64,000 nt of DNA from an uncultured Alphaproteobacteria bacterium (GCA_963702155.1 OY969717.1:657563-721562); one strand, 5' to 3'. Shown: positions 29,061 through 39,874, counted from the stretch's first letter. Program-made: numbers and translations. Notes: generated by a model not told the origin, from the sequence alone.

Positions 29061-29540
29061 ACGGAGCCTCCTTCGTAAAGTTGGATGACGGGTTCGGATT
29101 TTTGTAAAAAACCATCGACGGTGCCTGCGCCCAGATGCGTGTTGTAATAACGCTTCCAATATTTTGCCATGCCGTGCCAATCTCCCGCTTGTGGAAGCGG
29201 TTTTGAAAAACGCAGATAGAAAATCCGGCACATCGCGGCGGCATAAAATAGATTGCCGCGCAGTTGATCGAGCAGATCCATATCACGCATTGTCAAACCT
29301 TTTAAATCGGCAACCAGGCGTGGCTTCCCGCTTAAATACCGCGACCAGATATCGTCATGCGTGGCTGGCTCCATTTGAAACAAGGCCGCGCGCTGGGCCG
29401 CGCCCGACTTGCTGGATATATTGGGCTTTGCTTTCCGCCATAGCGGTCGCCATAACCAGTTGCTCGGCCTCTAAGGAATACGCATTAATCCAGTCGAGCG
29501 CAGGCACCACCACATAGTGGCGGAGTTGTTTAATATTCAT
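29057..29540 (-). pseudogene. Lytic-transglycosylase-like endolysin gene with a 1-nt frameshift
   Basis: ORF 29355..29540 (…AMAESK…GPARGL) and ORF 29057..29383 (FQMEPATHDD…) join as ...ES...GLFQME... if one base near 29385 is removed. Confidence 0.65.
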
Positions 29541-29562
29541 GATGATCTCCTATTTGATTGGG

Positions 29563-30021
29563 TTATTGTTGTTTATCGCAGGGAGCAGAAACGCCCATGA
29601 GCTGAAGCTTGAGTGATTCTAGTTCTGTAGAGAGCGCGGTTATAGAATTGCGATTTTCTGTTTGTTGCTGACGGCGTTGAATACGCTCATCCTCTAGTTT
29701 TTCAGAGATATTGGAACGCAACATACTGCCATCACGATCTGTAAACCGATCTGTATTCACCGCGTTAATTTTATCGGTATTGCGCTCAATCTGTTTTGCT
29801 ATGGCAATTTGCGCTTCCTGCATTCGAAGTAAAATATCATTTTGCGAGTCCTGTTTTTTCTGCAGACCCTCCAAAAATATGGTCGTGGTTTCTAACTGCC
29901 TGTCCTGATTATTCTGATCATTTTGATAGACGTAAATTGCCAGCCCTATGAGAGCCATTGCGAATAAAAGTGAGTTATTGAGCGCCTCAAAAATCGGCGC
30001 AGGTTTTTTGCGTTGAGCCAT
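29563..30021 (-). CDS. Membrane-anchored coiled-coil protein
   Basis: Start MAQRKK at 30021. One TM helix and a Q/E/R-rich coiled coil. Confidence 0.5.
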   Translation of the reverse strand: MAQRKKPAPIFEALNNSLLFAMALIGLAIYVYQNDQNNQDRQLETTTIFLEGLQKKQDSQNDILLRMQEAQIAIAKQIERNTDKINAVNTDRFTDRDGSMLRSNISEKLEDERIQRRQQQTENRNSITALSTELESLKLQLMGVSAPCDKQQ

Positions 30022-30044
30022 AAGTTTTCCCTTTTTTGGTTGGT

Positions 30045-30554
30045 TTAATAGGTTGAAATTACGATCCATTGCCCACCATCGCTGTAGATGGTGATGGCGG
30101 CGAAATGTGAGGTGAGCGTGAATATTTGTGCATCTGCGCCACCCGATCCGTTTTCAAGCTGGACTTTGATCGTGTTACTGGTCGGGTCGATTTTCTTTAT
30201 GGTCGACATGCGCCCTGGGGCTTGATTGGGGTGCGGCAATTCAAACTCAATATTGCCGTCAAAAGCCGAGACCAGATAAACGCGGTTGAGCATATCGGAT
30301 TGGAACAGGCCGTTATCCGTATCAGAACGCTGGATATAGCGGCTCGGGCGTGGCATTCGGTTATCTTGACAAATCCACCATGTCGCGCCGTTTGAGACCA
30401 GCGTGACCGTGTCGTATTGCTGAAGCAGTGTGAGTGTTCGGTTATCCGGCCCCGCGCCACTTTCTTCTTTCACGTATATGGGATTGCTGCGAAGATCCGC
30501 TTTTTTAAGCGTGACCCAGCGACCAACGGCATTGCCAGCATTAGGCAGGATCAA
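30045..30554 (-). CDS. Hypothetical tail-fibre-module protein
   Basis: 169-aa ORF between depolymerase and lysis genes. No motif recognised. Confidence 0.45.
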   Translation of the reverse strand: MILPNAGNAVGRWVTLKKADLRSNPIYVKEESGAGPDNRTLTLLQQYDTVTLVSNGATWWICQDNRMPRPSRYIQRSDTDNGLFQSDMLNRVYLVSAFDGNIEFELPHPNQAPGRMSTIKKIDPTSNTIKVQLENGSGGADAQIFTLTSHFAAITIYSDGGQWIVISTY

Positions 30555-30567
30555 ATCATAGGATTTA

Positions 30568-31675
30568 TTAAATGAGCTTAGGACGATAAAATGTGTGCGT
30601 CAGGTCAATGCTGATATTGCCGACATGATCGACGGCGGGATCAATATAGGTCGTGCCGCGTGTCATGCCGTCAACATGGACATCGGTTAAATACGTGTCC
30701 TTCAAAAAGTTTCTAATCGGGAATCCGGCATCAATGGCTTGATATTCGCCCTGCAAAGTCGGATCCCATATAGCCGCACCGCCTGTGACCGAAAACAGTC
30801 TTACAATCGTATTATCGATGGCGCCGTTATCAATACGGATGGCTGGAGCCAGTCCCAGGCTCTCGGCATAAAAGTTGGTAATCACGTTATGCCGCGCCAA
30901 AAAGCCCAGCCTGAAACACGCCTCGGCGGTGACATCGACGTTGGCCTCACAATCGACGAATGAATTATTATATTGCCCTGTAGAGACAAAAAACCCTGCG
31001 CCGGACATAGCCGCAGAGAGCGAGTACACTCGAACATCATGGAATTTATTGGCGTTGGGGCTGTCTCCAAAGGTGCTGGGATCGTTCCAATCATCCGGTG
31101 TGGTGGTGAGCAATACACCATTAATTTGCGGTCTGGCGACCAGAACGCGGCTGATATTATTCCAGTAACAGGGGCGATCAAAGCTATTCCAGCCATCCAG
31201 TGTCACGCCGATTTTGGCATCCCATATGGTGACGTTTTCGACCACGTTTTTGACGCAGGGGCTGACTTTTCCAGCCATAAAGATGGCAGAGCCACCACCC
31301 ACAATGCGGACATTGGCCAGCCTGCGAATACCCTTCAACAAATTCCACCGCATTGAAATCGGCACTATAAGGCGGCACGGCGGCTTCGTTTAACGGGCCG
31401 TCCTGCGCCTGAATAATCGACATATCGCCATATCCAATAAGGCTCATGCCATATCCCAAAACGATCCGGTCGGTGATCCGGTATGATTTAGGGCCGAGCA
31501 AACAAACCTTGTTTTCGGTCAAACATTGATTGATCGCCGCCGTATCATCATTAATGCCGTTGCCAAGTGCGCCGTAGTCTTCGGGCCGCGGCGTTTCGCG
31601 AGAACCTAGATATTGGCGCAACTCCTGTTTGTTGACGCTTTGACCAGGGACTAAAATTTCCTCAATAGTGGGCAT
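30568..31675 (-). pseudogene. Right-handed beta-helix (pectate-lyase-3-like) tailspike/depolymerase gene, frameshifted
   Basis: The N-terminus EDYGALGNGINDDTAAINQC is the Pectate_lyase_3 signature. The frame changes near 31335 into ORF 30568..31365. Confidence 0.65.
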
Positions 31676-31691
31676 GGATTATAGCTCCCCC

Positions 31692-32972
31692 TTATAATTC
31701 GGCACTGGCAAGAATGGTTCCGCCTGCGCCGCGATGAATGTAATGCCGCCCAGATGTAAGGCCGGAAAATAAGGCAATATCTAAACGGCCACGCTGGGCG
31801 TTATTTTCATGGGTTGAAGAGATGTTGGCACTGGACTGGCTTTTATCCGCGACATAGCCGTCAGTCATATCAAGTGCGGCATCCAGCTCATAAGCTGGCG
31901 CGGCGCGCATATCAGGATGAACGACCGTGGCTTGCATATTGGAGCCTGAATTGGCGACCGCCGCTACAATCGCGGCAGGCTGGACAAAGCGATGCACCAG
32001 CTTTTCTTCTAAAGCCGCAGGACGAAATTCAAGTGCCTGTTGAAATGCGCCGATGGAAAACTGCAATTGCCCTAAAAAGATATCCTTGGTGGTGATCGCG
32101 CCGCAATCGACCTTGATCTCAATTTCAATCCCGTTCCGGCAATCACCCATATCGGCCACACTCAAAGCGATATCGTCATTGGTGTTATTGGCAACGGTAA
32201 CTGTCGCACTTTCAATTTCAGTGACAGATGAGAAATCATCCTCGGCATCGGCTTTATTGACGGTGATAATATAATCCTGCGTGGAGCCGATATCGTGGTA
32301 AGTGCGCGCTGAAAAATACGCGCCTTTATCATAAAAATGCCGTGCATCTTTGGATTCAATGCGATGCCGGAATAAAACTGCGCCGGAGCCTGTAAGCGTT
32401 GCATTCTCGACCATACAGGCCAGTCCGGTTGTTGTTAGTGTATAAGCTCCGGTGAACCGTTTGATCGTGCCTGCCGATACGCTTCCTTCGGCTTTGACGG
32501 CCAGCAAATCCACCGCGCCATATTGCCAGCTCGTGCTTAGAGACAAATCACCACGATGCGATACAACGCAATGGCCATTAATAATGGCGTTAAGCGCCCC
32601 CGGGGTGGGCTTATTGATCAAATCATCATAATCACCGCTGGTGGCAACGGAGGCGAGATCACCAGGCTGTGTGGCCGTATCAGCCTTTACGCCTTGTGCT
32701 GCCGTTGCAAAAACGGTCTCATCTTGTAAGGCAGTATCGGCTTTGGCACCTTGTGCGGCGGTGGCAAAGTCACCAGTGTCACTTCCTGCGGCGGTTCCGG
32801 CATCGCTGATATCGGATAAAGTGTGGCCGTGGCCGTCCGCAGATAGTCCTTCTTTGAAATCGTTAGGAGAAGCACGGCGCGTAGCACCGTCTTGAACAAT
32901 GGGTATATCTTCATCACCCACCAAAGGCGTGACAGCAGAGGGTAATTCGGAGATTTTTTTCGTCGTGGTCAT
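31692..32972 (-). CDS. Tail fibre protein
   Basis: N-terminus KISELPSA...IPIVQDG, then repeated AAQG(A/V)KADTA units and DYDDLINKP, typical of phage fibres. Confidence 0.7.
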   Translation of the reverse strand: MTTTKKISELPSAVTPLVGDEDIPIVQDGATRRASPNDFKEGLSADGHGHTLSDISDAGTAAGSDTGDFATAAQGAKADTALQDETVFATAAQGVKADTATQPGDLASVATSGDYDDLINKPTPGALNAIINGHCVVSHRGDLSLSTSWQYGAVDLLAVKAEGSVSAGTIKRFTGAYTLTTTGLACMVENATLTGSGAVLFRHRIESKDARHFYDKGAYFSARTYHDIGSTQDYIITVNKADAEDDFSSVTEIESATVTVANNTNDDIALSVADMGDCRNGIEIEIKVDCGAITTKDIFLGQLQFSIGAFQQALEFRPAALEEKLVHRFVQPAAIVAAVANSGSNMQATVVHPDMRAAPAYELDAALDMTDGYVADKSQSSANISSTHENNAQRGRLDIALFSGLTSGRHYIHRGAGGTILASAEL

Positions 32973-32996
32973 GAGTAAGGCTCCTTCATATGTTTA

Positions 32997-34811
32997 TTAT
33001 TCGAGGACAAGAACGACCGTCTCGTCTCCGGTGGTTGTGGCTTGGACGGGTCCAGCGAAATCTGATTTGTTGCCATAGCGATCAACAGCGCGGAGCCAGT
33101 AATAAAACTCGGTATTGCCGATAAGCAGATTGCGGGTGAATGAGTTGTCGTAGACTTCCAAAATCCTTGCGGCATCAACATCCGGCGTGGCGGTGTTGCT
33201 GGTTTTTTCAAACACCTCGACATAGCGGAAATCGCTCTCGGTAATGGGATCCCAGCTCACCGTGATAAAATCATCGCCAGCCGTGGCCGTGACGTTATTC
33301 GGCTCATTGGGTGGCACAGATTGATTGTTCGGAATCACAACCTCCGGCGCATCACCGATAGTGCGAAGGTCGGCTTCATCGAATGTGTAAATCGTTTCGC
33401 CGTCTTCATCGAGCGTGAGATCCACACCCATATCTTCAACCATTTGCCAGTTACTGACGCGGCATGGCAGACCGTTTAATCCAAAACGCGGCAAATCCAG
33501 CGCGACCGTGTGTCCGGCGGCAATCTGATATCCGGCGAGGTTGGCGGGATATTAAATCTGGCGCTGTCTGCGAATTTGCTCCAGCGCAATACGGGCAATA
33601 CGCTGCGCCATGGTGTGCGAGGTGGTAAACGATAAGTCCAGGGTCGTAAAAATCTCCTCACCATCATCCTGCGCCACATAGAGACTGCTTTCCACGGATG
33701 GGTAATCGGTGGATTGATAATTATGATCCGGCGATACGAATGCACCTTTAACGCCATTGAAGAGCTGACGCTTGGAGCGGTGCGGACGCATAATAACCGC
33801 ATCGCGTAAGTAGCTTTCATCAAAGGTTTTAAGCGGCGGACTATATGCGCCGACATGCAATCGCCATGTGCCGCCTGTGTGAACCAAAAATCCGGCACAG
33901 CTTGACAACATCTGCTCTAAAATATCGCGTGGGCTGTCGGTCAAATCGACCACGCCATTGCATGTGTAACGCTTTTCCGTGCCGTCTAGCGTGTTGACCA
34001 CCTCATCGCAGATATTGGCGGCGGCGATAAAGGAATTGAGATCAATCTCTCCAATCGAAGCACCCAGGCCAAAATCAGAGAGCAAATAATCCAAAACACA
34101 AAGTGCAGCATTGTTGGAATATGCGGTGCTTTCATCACGCGGATCATAGACTTTCCGGCCTTGTACCAGCGCAGATATATTCGGTGTCCCGCTGGGATAG
34201 GCTTTCTCGTCATAGCGCATCTCCGCGTGGATATAGGCAAGACCGCGTAAACGGTGGGCGTTTGTCCATTTGCCATCGGCATTGGCAGTGAGGACAGGAT
34301 CTGCTTGCTGGTCGATATCGCCCAGATGTTTATACACGCTGGCATAAACCGTGCTGTCCCGCTTATAAGGCTCGGAGGTGGCATCATCGTTGCCATCCAA
34401 AGGCACGACTTCATCATTGAAATAAATATCGCCAATGGCCTCCACCTCATGAGCGGCAAGCACAATCACCCAATGAAGCATATCCAGCTTGGCATCCCCC
34501 GCATTAACCGGACGGCTATGCGTAAATACTAACGGGCCGGAGACGCGCACCTCGCCATAAACAATGCGGTGCGAGACAATCGGCTGGTTAATCATCTGCG
34601 TCCGGCCACGGCTTCCGTTTGATATGGAGGTGACCGATGCGGCGCTAAAATCAGGGCGTTTCGGCTTAGGTGCAAATAATGGTGCGGTAAAGGATACAAC
34701 GGCAGAGCCGACGACACCGCCAACAATCGCGCCGATAATACCGCCGCCAACAACGCCGGAGACAAAGTTGGATGCGACCGCGCCTAAAACAACCGGAATG
34801 ACCTGGGGCAT
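32997..34811 (-). pseudogene. Host-specificity (lambda J / GTA g15-like) tail protein interrupted by an in-frame TAA
   Basis: ORFs 33552..34811 and 32997..33494 are in the same frame, separated by one TAA at 33552-33554. The C-terminal piece has an FN3-like domain and no ATG start. Confidence 0.7.
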
Positions 34812-35233
34812 TATCCAATCCTCCAGGCACGCTCGGCTTCAGCTAAAGGAAAGCCGATCAAGCCATCTTCCCCGGGGGCGAAAATATATTGCCCACCGCA
34901 GATGCCGAGCGTATCGCCACGACCGATATCGAATAAAACAACATCGCCGCGTTGCATGGTGAGAGGCGCGATTTCAGGAATGCTGTAGTTTTTGGCTTCG
35001 GCTTCTGCGATGCCTTTAACGCCGCCGCAGCGTTTTAAAAGCGCGGCACCTTCACGCATATTGCTATAGCCGCGATATGGCTCTGCGATATCGGTACCAG
35101 TGATCGCTTCCACGCAATCCATAGCGAAAAGGCAGCAATCATTTTGCCCCCACGTAAACGGCGTATTTCGCGCAGCGTCGATAACACGCGCCAAGTGATC
35201 CGGCCAATCGGCCAGTCTGGTTAATGTGGTCAT
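34811..35233 (-). CDS. NlpC/P60-like tail-associated peptidase (GTA g14-like)
   Basis: Start MTTLTRL at 35233. WGQNDCCLFAMDCV carries a catalytic-Cys context. Confidence 0.6.
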   Translation of the reverse strand: MTTLTRLADWPDHLARVIDAARNTPFTWGQNDCCLFAMDCVEAITGTDIAEPYRGYSNMREGAALLKRCGGVKGIAEAEAKNYSIPEIAPLTMQRGDVVLFDIGRGDTLGICGGQYIFAPGEDGLIGFPLAEAERAWRIG

Positions 35234-35246
35234 GTGTGTTGATCCT

Positions 35247-35825
35247 TTAAGTGTCGGCGGCTTCACGGCCCCATACGATTTGCTTGTCCTGCAGGCTTGG
35301 GACGTACTCCAAACCCTTGTCGCCTGGATAGCGGCCTTGCTGTTCCGCATCCGTATAACGGCGTGTGCGAAGCCGCTCTAAATCACGCAGGCGGCTTTCG
35401 GCAGTCACTGTAATGCTGGCTGTATCACCGCCATCGGCGATTTCTGCCGTATCCATGCGCCCGTCAAAAATCAGCACCGGATCCATGATCAATGTGCTGA
35501 AATTCGCATCCATAAACCCGAGATACATAAGCGCTTTTTTGCCCTGTATCGGATAGGAGCTGATTTTATTAACCAGATCGGCGGGAATGCCGGAGAGTTG
35601 AAAGCTGGCACCTGTGGCGCGAAGCTCGGTTGTTTCTTCTATCGTTGAAACCTTGCCGAGCGTTCCAGCCCCATAATAGGTTTTGCCGTCATACACCAAC
35701 TCACCAAGACCGCTCCATGCGCGATCTATGGTTTCGTCAAATTCAAACTCTGCCATTAAAATCGGGCGCACCACCTGCTTTTCCGTCTCATCTGACAGAG
35801 TGGAATTTAGGCGTTTTTCGCTCAT
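35247..35825 (-). CDS. Distal tail protein (DUF2163 / GTA g13-like)
   Basis: 192 aa with the FEFD....RAWSG.G.L..DG.TY.G.G.LG pattern. Confidence 0.5.
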   Translation of the reverse strand: MSEKRLNSTLSDETEKQVVRPILMAEFEFDETIDRAWSGLGELVYDGKTYYGAGTLGKVSTIEETTELRATGASFQLSGIPADLVNKISSYPIQGKKALMYLGFMDANFSTLIMDPVLIFDGRMDTAEIADGGDTASITVTAESRLRDLERLRTRRYTDAEQQGRYPGDKGLEYVPSLQDKQIVWGREAADT

Positions 35826-35854
35826 AATGGTTTAGGTCAATATCTGTTCAAATT

Positions 35855-36809
35855 TCAGTGAATAGCTGGATCGGTTGGGTGGCCGCGCGGGTTTTCTGCG
35901 CCTTCATCATCGGTTAAGCGCATCAAGACCAGGATGCCGTCTAAAATTAAGGGTTGTTCGGATACGGTTGTTCTAAGGCGCGGTTCAATGGTCATGAACG
36001 CCATGCCGTCAATATCAGTGACCACATCGGAAATAATCAAATGGCCGTGGCCGGTTGCTGGCATAATGCTGTCGCCAGCCTTGCTAATCGCCGCATAGGG
36101 AGCCATGCCACGCACAAATAAACGATGCTGACCGCCTTGCACCAATATCGGCTGGCCTTCGCCTTCAATAAAGCCGCCACTGATTTGAAGCGGTATGGCT
36201 TCACGCTCTTCGGTCAGGATTATAAAACCTTCCTCGATCTGAAACGGCATAGCCTCACCACATTCAATGGTCAGCAAAAAACCACGATCCGTCTCAAAAG
36301 GGATGCCGATATTTTCTGCGAATAAACCATCTCCGGCTTCGGTCAAAAGCGCCAAACCTTCGTCACTCTCATCCGGCAACAATAAAAGCGCATCAAACAC
36401 GCCGCCAAATAACGGCTCATATTCCGTGCCTAAGTAACGGGCCTTCCTCATAGGTTAAAAAACCATCTTCGATGGTTTGATCGTCAAAATCATAACGATC
36501 ATCAAAAAACGTCAGGCCAATCTCATCGGCATAGTCATCCATGCTTTTGGTGACCGGAACGGCCTTATTGCGCCGAAAATCCGGCACCAGCACAGGCGTA
36601 ACTGATCCGCGCATCGAGGCGATAAAGCCGTCCATAATGCGGCTTCGCACCGCATCCAGCTCAAATTCAAACTCGGCAAACCACCGCGCAGCGTCTCGTC
36701 CCAGAACCTGAAATTGTCCGGTGTAGGATGAAATGTGTCGTGCGCTGGGATATGCGAGATAAAAGCTCTGACTTTGCGGATATATTCCTTCCGGCCAGTC
36801 CAGCGTCAT
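35855..36809 (-). pseudogene. Paralog of the 36806..37411 tail protein, split by a frame change and carrying 18-aa tandem repeats
   Basis: The N-terminal half (36417..36809) and C-terminal half (35855..36451) each align by eye with the halves of the neighbouring gene. The two frames overlap at 36417-36451. Confidence 0.5.
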
Positions 36810-37411
36810 TGCGGCAATACCTCAATCAATTCCATTTCAAAACTGGTGAGCCGCCTTGCATCGGTGGCGTTTTCAGTCTGATCATCATCTGCCAAACGCA
36901 TGCGGACACGGCAATTATCAGTCACAAGCGGCCCGACCGTAACGGCCTCACGCAAGCGCGGGGCAATGTTTACGGTGGCATCGCCACTGCCATCGGCATC
37001 AACATCGGATAAAACAATATGAGTGCGTCCGGTGGAGACCTGAATGAGATCACCGCTTTTTAAAACGCCTGTGGCATTGGCGGTAAAGCCGCTCAAATTC
37101 AAAGATGTGCCGACACCGCCATCCAGTTGCGGGGATCCGGCCAAGGAGCCTTTGGCTTTAAGTCTGCGAAAGTCCGGCATAAACACATGCCCGACCGCAC
37201 CGCGAAGTGTGGCCAAAAACGCATCCAGTCTGCGCGAGTCCAATTCCGACCGCACCAGCGATAATTTGCTAACCCAGCGCGCCGCATCACGCTCTAAAAC
37301 TTGAACCTGTCCAGTTAAAGGGTTTTCAAAGCGTGTGGAGACGGTGCGAATATAAAAACTCTGCTCCCCTGGGCGCAAATCCAAAGGCCAGTCCAGTTCG
37401 ATATCTGCCAT
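36806..37411 (-). CDS. Distal tail protein (GTA g12-like position)
   Basis: 201-aa ORF directly downstream of the tape measure gene. Confidence 0.5.
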   Translation of the reverse strand: MADIELDWPLDLRPGEQSFYIRTVSTRFENPLTGQVQVLERDAARWVSKLSLVRSELDSRRLDAFLATLRGAVGHVFMPDFRRLKAKGSLAGSPQLDGGVGTSLNLSGFTANATGVLKSGDLIQVSTGRTHIVLSDVDADGSGDATVNIAPRLREAVTVGPLVTDNCRVRMRLADDDQTENATDARRLTSFEMELIEVLPQ

Positions 37412-37432
37412 GTCGCTTATCCTTTCTCTGGC

Positions 37433-39862
37433 CTATTCAAATCGAGAGCCGCGCCGTTGCCAGCTATCAACCGTGCGGCGTTGCGCGACTTGTGCGGAGG
37501 TTTCAATAATGCCTGGGATCCGTGCGTTCAATGCTTCATCGACAGCTTTACGAACAGAAACGGATGTGGCTGTGGGATCGGTAGAGCCTCTGGCATCAAC
37601 GCTGATGGCAAAGAAACTGCCAGAACCACTGCCAATCGCTTCCACGCCCAGATTACCGTTTGATGTACGGCGCAATGGTAATACGGCCTCGGGTCCGGCT
37701 TCACCCATAAGCCCCATGCCTTTGGCCATGGGGAATACAGTGGGCGCGCTCACAACGCCGCCACGGGCAAAGGCTGTGACATTGCCGTTATTAAACGCGG
37801 CGCCTTTTGCAAAGAAGCCGCCGAATAAATTACTGAAAAAGCCACCACCTCCGCCGCCACCGCCACCGCCACCGGAGCTTTGACCGCCGAAAATGTTGCC
37901 GATGAGACCGCTTAAACCTTGGGCAAGCGGTCCTGTGATTTGAGTGCGTACCAATAGCCGCGCCACATCTTCCAAGATTGAATCCACCAGCTCTTTAAAC
38001 TCAAACTTTCCGGTGGTGGCGGCATCGACCAGTGCGTCTTCCAATCCCTGCATGGCGTTGGTAACCACACGCTCCACATTCGCCGCCATATCGGTGGCTT
38101 CCTCGGCATATTTATCTAAAGCGCGTTTGGCACCGTCGAACCATTTGGTGCTGGCTTGCTCCAATTCGTCATAAGCCTGTTTTCCAGCCGCTTCAAACTC
38201 CTCTAAGGATATTGCACCTTCTTCGAGCAGCTCATTCAGCTCTTTCATCCGGTCGTTATATCGATCCTGCGCGGAGATATTCTCTTCGGTGATTTTCTTA
38301 ATATCCTCGATGAGTTGTTGTTTGCGGCGTTCAACTTCCTCTTCGCCTTCCTTGGCCTCTTTGAGACGAAAATACTCTTCGACAAGACGCTGGATTTCCT
38401 GTCCTTCTTGCGATTTGAGAGCCACGCCTGCGGATTGGAGCTGATTATAAAGCTCTTGTGTTTTTTCATCACGGAGCAGTTGCTGATTGCGGAATTTTAA
38501 GCTCTGCGTGATCTGGTCAATTTTCTTGCGCTCGGCCTCTAATTGTTTGATGAGGGCTTTTTGCTCTTTGGTTTGTTTTGCAGGGCGTGTACTAGCGGCA
38601 GCGGCGGCCTGGTTCGCTTGTTTTGTTTTAGAGGCGGTGATCTCGGCCTGACGCTGTAACTCCTTCAGGCGTTTTTCCTGTTCCCGCAATCCCTGTATGG
38701 ATTCCTTAGACGGCCCGAAATCAAGCGTCCCAACAAATTGACGGGCGTTATCGGCAATAGCGGCATCGACGGCGGCGCGGAGATTATTAATGGCACGAAT
38801 GCCTTCCGTTTCAACGCCCGGGATAGAATTGACCACAGCAACGACCGCATTTTGCAATCCTTCCAGCGTGATTAATAATCCGCGCGCCAAGCCCAGCACG
38901 ACCGTTTGAACGGTCAGGAATGAAGCCTTAATGAACCGTGCGGCGAAGAAGGCTGTTTTTTCAACGATGCCCACGGATTCGGCAAAAGCCATTTGTCCGG
39001 TGACGGCTTTGGAGGCCACACCGATAGAGCGTGCAAAGGCATCTGTAAGATCGGCCAGAAATTCAATAATGCCGCTTTCACCGATGGTGCGTGATAATTC
39101 CGTCCACGCATTATCCAGCCGCGTTAAGGATCCGCTGATTGTATCATCCAGATCCGATGCCGCGCCGTCATAGCCTTCCAACGCCGTAACGAGCGTGGTG
39201 GCGAATAGATCAGAGGTGACTTCTCCGGCATTAACCAAGCGACGGAAACCACCAGCTGACAATCCAGCGGCTTTGTCCAACTCCTGCAGGAGACCAGGCA
39301 ACGGTTCTACCACCTGATTGAGTTCTTCAGCACGAAGCGTTCCGGCTGACAAACCCTGCGATAGCCCAAAAAGAACACGCTCAATATCTGCGCCGCCAGC
39401 ACCCAATCGGGCGGCGGCATTGACCAAACCTTCAGAGAGCTGGTTGACCTGTTCACGATTTAAAACACCGCTGTTTTGCAAGACCAAGAGCCGCGCATAA
39501 CCGTCTGATAGTGTTTCAATGCCGACATTCAATTCATCGGCTTTGGCCTTTAAGAAATCCTGCGTGTTGGCGTAATCTTCGGAGCTGTTGGTTAAGGCTT
39601 TGAGACGCAAATCCAGTTTTTCAAAGGTCTGGATATTCCGGAAGATGGATCCGGCAGATGCGGCGGCGGCAAAGGCTGGCACCAGTGTCGATGTAATATT
39701 CCGCGCCACGCCAGCTAGAGCCTTGTTGGTGCGGCCTGCGCTGACACGTATCTTTTTAAGCGCACGGTCGCCCTTGTTGCCAACTTGATCCAGATCGCGG
39801 GATACGCGAACGGATCCGTCAACTTTCAGACGGATAACGTAATTGGACTGCCTATCGGCCAT
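37433..39862 (-). CDS. Tape measure protein
   Basis: 809 aa, alpha-helical/coiled-coil, with a Gly run and GG-rich C-terminal part. Position is between chaperone and distal tail genes. Confidence 0.88.
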   Translation of the reverse strand: MADRQSNYVIRLKVDGSVRVSRDLDQVGNKGDRALKKIRVSAGRTNKALAGVARNITSTLVPAFAAAASAGSIFRNIQTFEKLDLRLKALTNSSEDYANTQDFLKAKADELNVGIETLSDGYARLLVLQNSGVLNREQVNQLSEGLVNAAARLGAGGADIERVLFGLSQGLSAGTLRAEELNQVVEPLPGLLQELDKAAGLSAGGFRRLVNAGEVTSDLFATTLVTALEGYDGAASDLDDTISGSLTRLDNAWTELSRTIGESGIIEFLADLTDAFARSIGVASKAVTGQMAFAESVGIVEKTAFFAARFIKASFLTVQTVVLGLARGLLITLEGLQNAVVAVVNSIPGVETEGIRAINNLRAAVDAAIADNARQFVGTLDFGPSKESIQGLREQEKRLKELQRQAEITASKTKQANQAAAAASTRPAKQTKEQKALIKQLEAERKKIDQITQSLKFRNQQLLRDEKTQELYNQLQSAGVALKSQEGQEIQRLVEEYFRLKEAKEGEEEVERRKQQLIEDIKKITEENISAQDRYNDRMKELNELLEEGAISLEEFEAAGKQAYDELEQASTKWFDGAKRALDKYAEEATDMAANVERVVTNAMQGLEDALVDAATTGKFEFKELVDSILEDVARLLVRTQITGPLAQGLSGLIGNIFGGQSSGGGGGGGGGGGFFSNLFGGFFAKGAAFNNGNVTAFARGGVVSAPTVFPMAKGMGLMGEAGPEAVLPLRRTSNGNLGVEAIGSGSGSFFAISVDARGSTDPTATSVSVRKAVDEALNARIPGIIETSAQVAQRRTVDSWQRRGSRFE

Positions 39863-39874
39863 TATTTATACCTT

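Noticed and set aside
33476-34465. Alternative-frame ORFs 33476..33898 and 33986..34465 within the host-specificity gene
   Set aside because: They overlap a frame with clear J/g15-like similarity, and their products are Arg/Pro/Trp-rich with no motifs.
37410-37883. Plus-strand ORF with a PPPPPPPPPP tract
   Set aside because: It is the antisense reading of the tape-measure poly-Gly tract, inside an 809-aa gene with clear tape-measure character.
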